48,670 bases of DNA, taken from positions 1-48,670 of the IMG/VR virus record IMGVR_UViG_3300027784_000001, one strand, 5' to 3'. The position numbers were made by a program, and so were the translations under genes. This DNA is from a virus. Below, piece after piece: positions 1 to 6,906 of this stretch. Position 1 is the stretch's first letter. The number at the start of each line of letters is the position of its first letter. Below the pieces are notes generated by a model that was not told the DNA's origin, ran no database searches, and saw only the letters and a list, made by a program, of their open reading frames with translations.

Positions 1-99
1 TGCAAGTAGCGCTTGGGTTGACTGATATCAGCGGCATCGATGGCGCCACGACTTGCTACGGCGAATTGGCGCCGGGCGACGTGTTGCAACGCACGGATG
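1..99. repeat. Terminal direct repeat: bases 1-99 are identical to 48572-48670 (circular closure, assembly overlap or terminal redundancy)
   Basis: Compared base by base by eye: all 99 nt identical. An ORF reads in frame across the junction. Confidence 0.95.
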
Positions 100-326
100 G
101 GACCACGGCTGTGGTGTCCGAGGTTTATCATAGCGGACACCAAGACGGGCCCGTGCGGATTCGCCTTGTAGTGGGACAACGGGCGGCTCTACGGCGAATT
201 GAGACTATCACTAAGCCTGCCCATTGGCGCGTGTGGCGCTACGCTGTCGACCTCTGGGAATTGGGAGACGAGCTCGGCGAAATAACTCCACTTGCGGATA
301 AGGCCAAGGCCAAGGCTGAGTCCTAA
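1..326 (+). CDS. 3' part of the early hypothetical protein gene that starts at 48310 and crosses the window junction (about 195 aa when joined; first full codon at base 3)
   Basis: The listed ORF 18..326 is in the same frame as the open frame 48310..48670 once the 99-nt overlap is collapsed. Stop TAA at 324-326. Confidence 0.7.
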   Translation, partial: QVALGLTDISGIDGATTCYGELAPGDVLQRTDGTTAVVSEVYHSGHQDGPVRIRLVVGQRAALRRIETITKPAHWRVWRYAVDLWELGDELGEITPLADKAKAKAES

Positions 327-351
327 ACCTCCCTCCTCGGCTGGTGCTAGT

Positions 352-377
352 CCGCGGTTCAATTCCGCGGCGGGGGT
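352..377 (+). other. tRNA-like T-arm hairpin (CGCGG-TTCAATT-CCGCG) followed by a G-rich acceptor-like strand; not a complete tRNA
   Basis: 5-6 bp stem at 353-357/365-369 with the 7-nt loop TTCAATT, matching the T-loop pattern. No matching 5' acceptor strand, D arm or anticodon arm upstream. Confidence 0.3.
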
Positions 378-434
378 TGCCCTAGTAGTGGGATGGGCTC
401 CACACTACATTTAGTCCTAACATAGGATAGCATT

Positions 435-899
435 ATGCAAATTTTCATCGCAGAAGAATCGACTGCCGCCGTCCGTCGCGCACTGGAAGTCGCCGCCCCC
501 CGCTTGGTCGGCGACGACGATGGCAGCATCACCGTGGATAGTAAAGGCGTCATCGGCGACGACGATGGCAGCGGCGCCGCGGTGCCCGTGACCGTGGTGG
601 GCATTTTCGCCGATGAAATGAGAGATTGCGGACCGGGCCGTCCTCCGGCATTCATCGGGCAAAAAGAGAGTCCGATCGTGGAGGTGGCGCGACGCTATCT
701 CACGACTACCTGGGAGGTTGCTGGCTCCACGCGGGACGGGCAGATTACGCCCACCGGGATTCAGGCGGTTCGCGTGGAGGTGGCCGCCGAGGACGAGGCG
801 ACGGCCTACCTGTACGCGGATGGCTCGCTGGTCCGTAAGTCGACGGACGAGGATGGCGCTAGCGGCGCCGAAGAAGACGAGGAGGGTGATGATAGCTGA
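435..899 (+). CDS. Early hypothetical protein, strongly acidic (D/E-rich, C-terminal EEDEEGDDS)
   Basis: 154-aa ORF. AGGAT Shine-Dalgarno-like box 6-10 nt upstream of the ATG, as in the other early genes. Followed by a hairpin at 919-938. Confidence 0.7.
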   Translation: MQIFIAEESTAAVRRALEVAAPRLVGDDDGSITVDSKGVIGDDDGSGAAVPVTVVGIFADEMRDCGPGRPPAFIGQKESPIVEVARRYLTTTWEVAGSTRDGQITPTGIQAVRVEVAAEDEATAYLYADGSLVRKSTDEDGASGAEEDEEGDDS

Positions 900-918
900 G
901 CAATAAACGAAGCGCTTA

Positions 919-938
919 GGGAGCCCGCTAGGGCTCCC
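919..938 (+). terminator. Perfect 8-bp GC-rich hairpin (GGGAGCCC-gcta-GGGCTCCC) after the acidic early gene
   Basis: Stem 919-926/931-938. The downstream T-run is weak, so it may be a stabilising hairpin or a weak terminator. Confidence 0.4.
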
Positions 939-970
939 ACAACCGAAATTTATACCGAAGAGAGGGAAGC

Positions 971-1468
971 ATGTTGCAGCTGAACCGAGAACAACTCGAA
1001 AAATTGGCAGAAATCGGCACCCGCGAAGAAGAAAAAGCGCTGCTCAACGGGATCATCCACGACCAGTGGGCGCGCTTCTTGCAAGGGCTGGTGGACCATC
1101 CTCGGGCGCGGTGGCGTTGGGACGACGACTACCAGCACGGTGGCCAGAGCGGCAATATCGCCGCTACGGGGCTGGTCTACAGCGTGAATAGCAAAGGCCA
1201 CTACGGACAAGCCACGGGCCTTATGCTGCGATTCCATAGCGGGGCTACGTACTTTTATCATGATTCCATTTGCTATCATGGTGGCAAACTGTGGGGCTTC
1301 TTGCACGATGGTATCATCACCGACGGCCTTGTGCCTTATCTCTATGGCGCGCATAGAGGGAGTGCCCTTTTGGAGCTATTGAAGAGCAAGGGTACTTGCT
1401 ATAAGCAAGTCCAGCCGGGCACCGAAGCCGCTGATAAGTTGCTCCTTAGCAGTCGAGTGGACGAATAG
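971..1468 (+). CDS. Early hypothetical protein; the segment LMLRFHSGATYFYHD...W..F resembles a KTSC-type domain (tentative)
   Basis: 165-aa ORF with a GAGGGAAG box upstream of the ATG. The domain call is motif resemblance only. Confidence 0.65.
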   Translation: MLQLNREQLEKLAEIGTREEEKALLNGIIHDQWARFLQGLVDHPRARWRWDDDYQHGGQSGNIAATGLVYSVNSKGHYGQATGLMLRFHSGATYFYHDSICYHGGKLWGFLHDGIITDGLVPYLYGAHRGSALLELLKSKGTCYKQVQPGTEAADKLLLSSRVDE

Positions 1469-1493
1469 CTAGCATCGAAACCAAGCGCAAAGG

Positions 1494-1513
1494 GCCCGCC
1501 TTGATAGGCGGGC
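1494..1513 (+). terminator. Hairpin GCCCGCC-ttgata-GGCGGGC downstream of the 971-1468 gene
   Basis: 7-bp GC stem; poor U-tract. Confidence 0.35.
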
Positions 1514-1546
1514 TCTGGCATTCCACCTACAGACAAAGGCAGCACA

Positions 1547-1822
1547 ATGACAACAGAGCAAGCTCGGCACCAATCCGTGGACGCCCTATGGACAATCTTA
1601 CGCAAAGCTTATGCGCAAAAGGGCATTACGCTTGAGCGGCTGGAATATTTGCACCCCGATTTAGAGTCGGCATACCGCTTCACTATAGTCAGTATCATGC
1701 AACAAGTGGGCATAGGTGAGCATGGTGACCTTACAGTTAGCGAAGCTGTAATTATAGTCCGGGAGTTGGAACAACGCAATGTCAAACTACCATTCCGCCC
1801 GGGGGTAAACTGGAATGAGTGA
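1547..1822 (+). CDS. Early hypothetical protein (91 aa)
   Basis: ORF with an AAAGG box upstream. Overlaps the next gene by 8 nt, consistent with translational coupling. Confidence 0.6.
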   Translation: MTTEQARHQSVDALWTILRKAYAQKGITLERLEYLHPDLESAYRFTIVSIMQQVGIGEHGDLTVSEAVIIVRELEQRNVKLPFRPGVNWNE

Positions 1823-2102
1823 CAGTAGTGATATACAGTGCGCCCTTCAGACAATGGATGCACTGAATGGAGACGCGGCTACAGTCCACCCTAATGCTAT
1901 CTCTACACACCCGCAAACTCCACATATGGAGTGTGGTAAATATAGAATAGTCCCAACTTTAAACGAGGGATATATCATAAGAGAACAAGGCCAATGGGAG
2001 CCAATATCCTGTAGCGTGGCAACTCCAATGGCAAGTGGTCCTGTCCTATTCGTGCTCTGCATCGCGATAGCTTATCAGCTAACTATAAAGCAGAAACGCT
2101 AA
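1815..2102 (+). CDS. Early hypothetical protein with a C-terminal transmembrane helix (GPVLFVLCIAIAYQLTI); visibly more AT-rich than the rest of the genome
   Basis: 95-aa ORF with a hydrophobic C-terminal segment, immediately followed by the strong terminator at 2110-2154. Confidence 0.55.
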   Translation: MSDSSDIQCALQTMDALNGDAATVHPNAISTHPQTPHMECGKYRIVPTLNEGYIIREQGQWEPISCSVATPMASGPVLFVLCIAIAYQLTIKQKR

Positions 2103-2109
2103 CTATAAT

Positions 2110-2154
2110 CCCCGCGGGTTAAGTGCACTCCAATCGGAGCACGGGCCCGCGGGG
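2110..2154 (+). terminator. Rho-independent terminator closing the early operon
   Basis: 9-bp outer stem CCCCGCGGG/CCCGCGGGG (2110-2118/2146-2154). An inner stem GTGC..CTCC/GGAGCAC has loop AATC. Followed by CCACTTTTA. Confidence 0.6.
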
Positions 2155-2161
2155 CCACTTT

Positions 2162-2178
2162 TACGAAACTTTACATTC
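2162..2178 (+). promoter_or_regulatory. 17-nt box TACGAAACTTTACATTC, identical to 46722-46738 (the box just upstream of sigma54-type site S1)
   Basis: Exact 17/17 identity between two intergenic hubs about 4 kb apart on the circle. A shorter version, AACTTTACATTC, is at 46838-46849. Confidence 0.5.
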
Positions 2179-2240
2179 TCGAATCCACCATGCACAAACC
2201 ATGCCAGCCAGTGGGATTTTCTGAAAATAATCTGAGCGGT

Positions 2241-2277
2241 GTTTCACCTCTGAAACGAGGTGTTTCAACAGTGAAAC
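2241..2277. promoter_or_regulatory. Two adjacent 16-bp palindromes GTTTCA-N4-TGAAAC (2241-2256 and 2262-2277), operator-like
   Basis: Both have perfect 6-bp half-sites. Each is preceded by GGT, and their start-to-start spacing is 21 bp (two helical turns). Confidence 0.5.
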
Positions 2278-2466
2278 AACAGTGGGGGGCAAGTATCGTG
2301 CCAAGCAAAAATTTTTTATATTCCGCCTTCCAATTCTGCCATAATCCACCGCCCACTTTCAGACTATCCGCCCTTATGACAAGCCGCCCTACAGAGCGCA
2401 CCTCCTGGACCGTAGGAGCCGAAGATAATTTTTCCGCAAGGGGGGTGCACCCTTTCAGCCAAAACG

Positions 2467-2484
2467 CCGTCACAGCCCGTCACA
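2467..2484. repeat. Two CCGTCACA octamers 10 bp apart; outlying members of the GTGACGG heptamer family
   Basis: CCGTCACA at 2467-2474 and 2477-2484. Confidence 0.6.
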
Positions 2485-2527
2485 ACCGCCCCCCTTCAGA
2501 GCGGCAAAATTTCGGAAGGATAGGGCT

Positions 2528-2542
2528 GTTACAATTTGTAAC
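2528..2542. promoter_or_regulatory. Perfect 15-bp palindrome GTTACAA-T-TTGTAAC, built from the same TTGTAAC half-site that is reiterated at 46547-46945
   Basis: Read directly. The half-site recurs at least 8 times in the 46.5 kb hub. Confidence 0.5.
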
Positions 2543-3109
2543 GGCGGAAGGTCGGCGCTTAAAGGCTTGCTATACTAGGCGGATGGGACCCCAAGAAGGG
2601 GTCCCCCTGTTTAGAGGCCGGAGCTGCCTCCACGAGAGATTTACCCAGAATCGCAACACACACCTACCGCGGGGGCGTAGCGCGGGTACACGCGGGGGCG
2701 CACGCACGTAGGCAGGCCGAGATACTGCGGAGAGGACCCTGAGAGTAGCAGCAGGGCCTATCAGAGGCATTCAGCAGGCAGGGGGCATGCCAGCACACCC
2801 GCAGCAGGGAAGAACGGCACAGGCCGCCCTACAGACAAGCAACATTACACCTACTCCGCCATCGGACGCGCCCGCCCGCGCATAGAGCCGCCGCAGCTGG
2901 CACACTTACTCCGCCCTCTGACCCGGCGGTCCTGCCATAGCGCAGTGCCTCTAGGGAGGCGCAGAGCTTCAGAAGGTCAGCAGGCCCCTGTCACAGCGCC
3001 CGCCGGCCCGATAGCGTGGCGCCAAGCGCAGCGCAAGAGCAGGCCACGCCTAGAGCTTAGGGCAGCGCACGGAGAGGCCGCACGGAGGGGCAGCAGGCCC
3101 GCAGGCCCG

Positions 3110-3475
3110 CCCTGTGACGGCTGTGACGGAGTGTGACGGCAATGTGACGGCCCCCCTGTCACAGCGGCTCGCCCGCCTATAGCCCCGTTTAACGCATCCG
3201 TGCACGGGCAGTGTGACGCTGTGACGGCTCTGCCCTATTACTATATATATAAAACATGCTTTTTTCTTAAATTCTTTCCATTTTCAAAATTCTACCAATA
3301 TAAGAGAGGGGTGTCACAAACGTACAAAAAATTTCTAATCTGGCGCTATTACTGGATTTCCGCTGTGACACCCACCCCGTCACAGTGCCGTCACAGGCCG
3401 TCACAGCCGTCACAAATTGCAGATTCCCTAATGATCTCGGGCACTTAACCCCGTCACAGCCCCCGTCACGGCCAA
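3110..3475. repeat. Iteron module A: arrays of TGTGACGG / CCGTCACA at helical spacing flanking an AT-rich (TA)n core (3233-3310); homologous to module B at 25538-25895
   Basis: Forward octamers at 3113, 3122, 3132, 3143, 3212 and 3220. Inverted copies at 3157, 3312, 3377, 3388, 3398, 3407, 3451 and 3463. Long blocks are identical to module B, e.g. GGCGGCTCGCCCGCCTATAGCC, CCCTATTACTATATATAT, ATGCTTTTTTCTTAAATTCT and GGGGTGTCACAAA. Confidence 0.85.
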
Positions 3476-3726
3476 AGACCACAAGGCTTGCTAGCGCGCT
3501 CGCAGAGGGAGGCTTATCACAAACCTGAGTCCAGCGGGCTGTTATCCCTAATACCTTTCGGCTGTGTGTCGACAAAAGGAGGTGGCCTAGCGGGCTATAT
3601 GGGACCCACGAGGTGCGTAGAGAGTGATAAGAGCCCCTGAGCTCCTCCTACCCCTCCTTGCGTAGATTTCGTTACTGTGTAGGTTTGACCTTGGATGGCC
3701 CCACTTTACTGACCAGAGAGGCTTAT

Positions 3727-4566
3727 ATGCAATTCGACCCCGAGGCAGCAAAACAACAGATACGCGACCTCCATAAGAGGGGGCTCAGCGTCAAGCAAAT
3801 AGCAGAGAAGACGGAGCTACACCACACCGCGGTGAGTCGGGAGCTATACGGCCACGACCACTACCTCATCCAACGGCGGATGGTCAAGCTGCTCGACAAG
3901 GGCTATAGCCGCAGGGAGATAGCCAACAAGCTCAACGTCGAATATGAGTTCGTCCTGACAGTGCTCTCGCGGGCAGGCCGCTCTGGTAGCGAAGATCGGC
4001 GCATGCTCTCCCCCGGCGACCGAGAAGACGCGCTAAAAATGTACATGAACGGGGCCACCGCGCACGAAGTGGGAGAGAAGTACGACCTCGCCGCACAGAC
4101 CGTCTGGAACCTCGCCTCTAAACACGGCGCCCAGAAGTCTGGGAATGAGGACTGGGAGAAAGACGCCATCGCGTACCGCGTACTTGTCAAGCGCCAGCGC
4201 ATGACCACAGCGCTACAGGGGCTATCGATGGGCCGGAGCACGGCGGTCTGGTACCGCTTCAAGGACCCCATCACCAACCCGGAGTTCTACCGCAAGCATG
4301 GCATCACCTATGACGATATTAAACACCGCTATCGCTTCAAGGGCACCACGGCAGAGATTAGCCGCTATTGGAAGGTCTACGTGGATGTGAACGAGAACGG
4401 CATGTCCTATACGGACGCGCAAGAGAAGTACGCCATCACCCGCTACAAGGTGCGGGATTCGGCCCAGCTGGGCTCAGTCAACGCCTTCGTGGCCTGCTGG
4501 GAGCTCGCCCTCCGACGGGGCCAGCTGCCTATTGGCGATAATCATACGTCTGATGGAGGCCAGTAA
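3727..4566 (+). CDS. DNA-binding protein with 4-5 tandem helix-turn-helix modules (terS/resolvase-type HTH repeats), first gene of the packaging cluster
   Basis: Repeated segments: RGLSVKQIAEKTELHHTAVSREL, KGYSRREIANKLNVEYEFVLTVL, NGATAHEVGEKYDLAAQTVWNLA and GLSMGRSTAVWYRF. ATG at 3727 with an AGAGAGG box. The listed ORF start 3658 is a TTG with no RBS. Confidence 0.7.
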   Translation: MQFDPEAAKQQIRDLHKRGLSVKQIAEKTELHHTAVSRELYGHDHYLIQRRMVKLLDKGYSRREIANKLNVEYEFVLTVLSRAGRSGSEDRRMLSPGDREDALKMYMNGATAHEVGEKYDLAAQTVWNLASKHGAQKSGNEDWEKDAIAYRVLVKRQRMTTALQGLSMGRSTAVWYRFKDPITNPEFYRKHGITYDDIKHRYRFKGTTAEISRYWKVYVDVNENGMSYTDAQEKYAITRYKVRDSAQLGSVNAFVACWELALRRGQLPIGDNHTSDGGQ

Positions 4567-5075
4567 TGGGAGAATTTGGGCCATCTGACTGGGACAAGGC
4601 CATCGAGGTCGCCAAGTACCGTGCTTTCGGCTACACGCAGAGGGAGGTAGCAGCCAAGGTGGGCGTAAGTGCCCCGACTATCTCGCGCTGGGAGAATAGC
4701 AGCTGGTGGGGGCAGGCCATCGAGGAGGCGAAGACGGGCGAAATGCGGGAGCTCGCAGGCCGGGCGCTCAATACCGTCCGCGAGGCCATCGAAGAGGGCG
4801 ACGTGACCACCGCCCGCTGGTACCTAGAGCGTACAGAGCCGCGCCTCTCTAAGAGTGGGAGCGGGGGAGGCAGCAGCCACAATGTGCAGGTCAACGTCGG
4901 CGTGGCCGGCGGGGGCAATGCGACCACGGAGGTTATCGAAGACGCCAACGGCAACACCCGCCGTATCGAAGATATGTCCGAAGAGGAGCTACGGGAGCTC
5001 GCCGGCGAGGACACTAAGGGCGAGATTATCGACCTCCAATTCGAGGAAATGAAGGGGGAGCTCAATGCCGATTAG
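4566..5075 (+). CDS. terS: Small terminase subunit-like HTH protein
   Basis: N-terminal HTH (GYTQREVAAKVGVSAPTISRWE), 169 aa, GGAGG RBS. Lies directly upstream of terL and overlaps it. Confidence 0.6.
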   Translation: MGEFGPSDWDKAIEVAKYRAFGYTQREVAAKVGVSAPTISRWENSSWWGQAIEEAKTGEMRELAGRALNTVREAIEEGDVTTARWYLERTEPRLSKSGSGGGSSHNVQVNVGVAGGGNATTEVIEDANGNTRRIEDMSEEELRELAGEDTKGEIIDLQFEEMKGELNAD

Positions 5076-6600
5076 CTCTAGACAGCGCGCGCAGCAGGCC
5101 CGTGCAGAGAAGGCCCGCCGGCGCCTTGCCCGCGTCAACTTCCGCGACTTCACACACTATACCTTTGAATCCTTCAAGGAAAACTGGCACCACCGCCGCA
5201 TCATGGAGATACTCCACGGGGCAGCCAACTTTGACCCGGAGTACAGGAAGACCATTATCACCGCTCCGCCCCGGCACGGGAAGAGCGAGCTCGTAAGCGT
5301 TCGGCTCCCCGCGTACTTCCTCGGCAAGCGCCCAGAGCTAGAGGTCCTCCACGTGACCTACGGCGACGACCTCTCCGAAGATATGGGCACCAAAGTGGGC
5401 GACGTGCTGGAGACCCAGCGCTTCCGCGAGGTGTTCCCCAACTTCCGGCTGGAGGGCCGGAACACGAAGCAGAAAAAGCAGACCCACAAGGGCGGCTGGT
5501 ACCGGGCTATTGGGCTCAAGTCCGGGGGAATCACCGGGACGGGCGCTAACCTCCTGATTATTGACGACCCTATTACCAACCGTAAGGCGGCGGAGAGCCC
5601 CAAGACTCGTGAGCATATCTGGGAGGCGTTCCAAGACGACTTGCTCTCCCGCATGGAGTTCCCGTGGGCGATCGTTGTACTGGCTACCCGCTGGCACAAA
5701 GACGACCTCACCGGGCGGATACTCGACGCCGACGATAAGGATGAGTGGAACCATATCCATTTGCCTTGGATATGCGACTACCATGAGTACGATGAGGAGC
5801 ACCCGGATTACGACCCGCGAAGCCCCGGCGACCCGCTCTGGCCCGGCGTGAGCACCAAGCGCGACTACGCGGCAATGGAGGGCGTTAACGTCGACCCGCC
5901 CAGCCACGAAGAGCTCGTCCAAATGGAGCTGGAAAAGGCCGAGAAGATGCAGCAAGACCGGCCCTATAAGTACTACTCCCTGTACCAAGGGCGCCCCATT
6001 GGAAAGTCGGGCAACCTCATCGCAGAGGCGTGGCTCAAGCAGTACAACTCCACCCCGCAGAAATTCGGTGCTTACTGCCAGAATAAGATCATCTCTATCG
6101 ATGCAAACCAGAAGGCCAAGGCCAAGTCTCAGACCAGCTCTGACGCGGCCATCGTTGTCGGCGGCCGGAAGGCCGACGGGAGCCTTGCCCTCCTCGATGC
6201 GGACTGGGGTAACTGGTCGTTTATCCAACTCAAAAAGCGCGCCAAGGTCATGGCCGAGAAGTGGCCGGGCTGTGCGCTCTTGATTGAGAATAAGGCAAGC
6301 GGCGCTGCGCTTATCAACTCGCTGGAGGACGATTACAAAGTCATCCCCTACGAGCCCAAAGGCGTGGGCAAGGTCGACCGGGCACTGACGCTGGCGGACT
6401 GGGCGGAGGCCGGCAAGGTGCTGCTGCCCACAAGAAAAAACGCCCCTTGGGTAGAAGAGGCCCGGACCATCATCACCGAGTTCCCTTCGCACCCAAAGGA
6501 CGACGTGTTGGACGCGCTAGCCCAGCTCGCGAGCCACTACGATAGCCGGTCGCACGGGCTCCAAGAGCTGCGCCGCGTTACTGGCTATGCTGATCGGTAG
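5065..6600 (+). CDS. terL: Terminase large subunit
   Basis: Walker A-like PPRHGKSE, Walker B LLIIDDP, ATRWHKDDLTGR motif, C-terminal nuclease-like DDVLDA. 511 aa, positioned before the portal gene. Confidence 0.9.
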   Translation: MPISSRQRAQQARAEKARRRLARVNFRDFTHYTFESFKENWHHRRIMEILHGAANFDPEYRKTIITAPPRHGKSELVSVRLPAYFLGKRPELEVLHVTYGDDLSEDMGTKVGDVLETQRFREVFPNFRLEGRNTKQKKQTHKGGWYRAIGLKSGGITGTGANLLIIDDPITNRKAAESPKTREHIWEAFQDDLLSRMEFPWAIVVLATRWHKDDLTGRILDADDKDEWNHIHLPWICDYHEYDEEHPDYDPRSPGDPLWPGVSTKRDYAAMEGVNVDPPSHEELVQMELEKAEKMQQDRPYKYYSLYQGRPIGKSGNLIAEAWLKQYNSTPQKFGAYCQNKIISIDANQKAKAKSQTSSDAAIVVGGRKADGSLALLDADWGNWSFIQLKKRAKVMAEKWPGCALLIENKASGAALINSLEDDYKVIPYEPKGVGKVDRALTLADWAEAGKVLLPTRKNAPWVEEARTIITEFPSHPKDDVLDALAQLASHYDSRSHGLQELRRVTGYADR

Positions 6601-6889
6601 CCCCTTCCGCTAGGCAGTGGGCGCCCACGATCTCTCCGAGCAGGCATAAGGAGGAAGATAGCGCCAGCAAGGTATCGTGCTCTTTCCCCGACCGCAACGC
6701 CTCCTCTTCATAGGCTTCTAACATGCGTTTGGTTAGTTTAAGCAGCAGGGCCAGCTCGCCCCGCTCTAATAGGTCAACGGTTTCATTAATGTCGCGCACA
6801 ATCCGCTCTGCGGGAACGTTGGTGCCCATATCAATTGAGCGGTACATGGCGCGGGCAACCAAATCTTTCTTTACGGCATCTTTCATCAC
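6578..6889 (-). CDS. Hypothetical helical 103-aa protein; the only credible minus-strand gene, inserted between terL and the portal gene
   Basis: Fills the otherwise empty 306-nt terL-portal gap. GGAG lies 8 nt upstream of the ATG. Composition is protein-like, whereas the + strand ORF here (6723..6905) is S/R-rich junk. The 3' end overlaps the terL 3' end by 23 nt. Confidence 0.6.
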   Translation of the reverse strand: MMKDAVKKDLVARAMYRSIDMGTNVPAERIVRDINETVDLLERGELALLLKLTKRMLEAYEEEALRSGKEHDTLLALSSSLCLLGEIVGAHCLAEGATDQHSQ

Positions 6890-6906
6890 TAAACTCCGAG
6901 GTTAAA

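Noticed and set aside
2563-2612. Extended -10-like TGcTATACT (2568-2576) followed by a perfect 8-bp hairpin GGGACCCC-aagaa-GGGGTCCC and TGTTTA: a possible tiny ncRNA or attenuator
   Set aside because: No acceptable -35 element. The implied transcript would be only about 30 nt. This cannot be supported without transcript data and is kept only as a note.
2190-2711. 173-aa + strand ORF in hub 1
   Set aside because: R/S/P/G-rich junk-like translation with no RBS. It runs through palindromes, hairpins and heptamer repeats, and overlapping ORFs of similar quality exist on both strands.
2945-3575. ORFs 2945..3136, 3200..3448 and 3267..3575(-), including one ending in PCDGCDGV like the lysis protein C-terminus
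   Set aside because: The CDGCDGV ending is simply the translation of the TGTGACGG iterons. The ORFs lack RBSs and have low-complexity, Arg-rich content.
5338-6492. 384-aa minus-strand ORF antisense to terL. Similar long antisense ORFs are 7560..8147, 10448..11293, 30515..31444, 41778..42341 and 42011..42562.
   Set aside because: These are shadow ORFs typical of GC-rich coding DNA. Their translations are Arg/Gly/Val/Leu-rich without motifs, and they fully overlap well-supported + strand genes.
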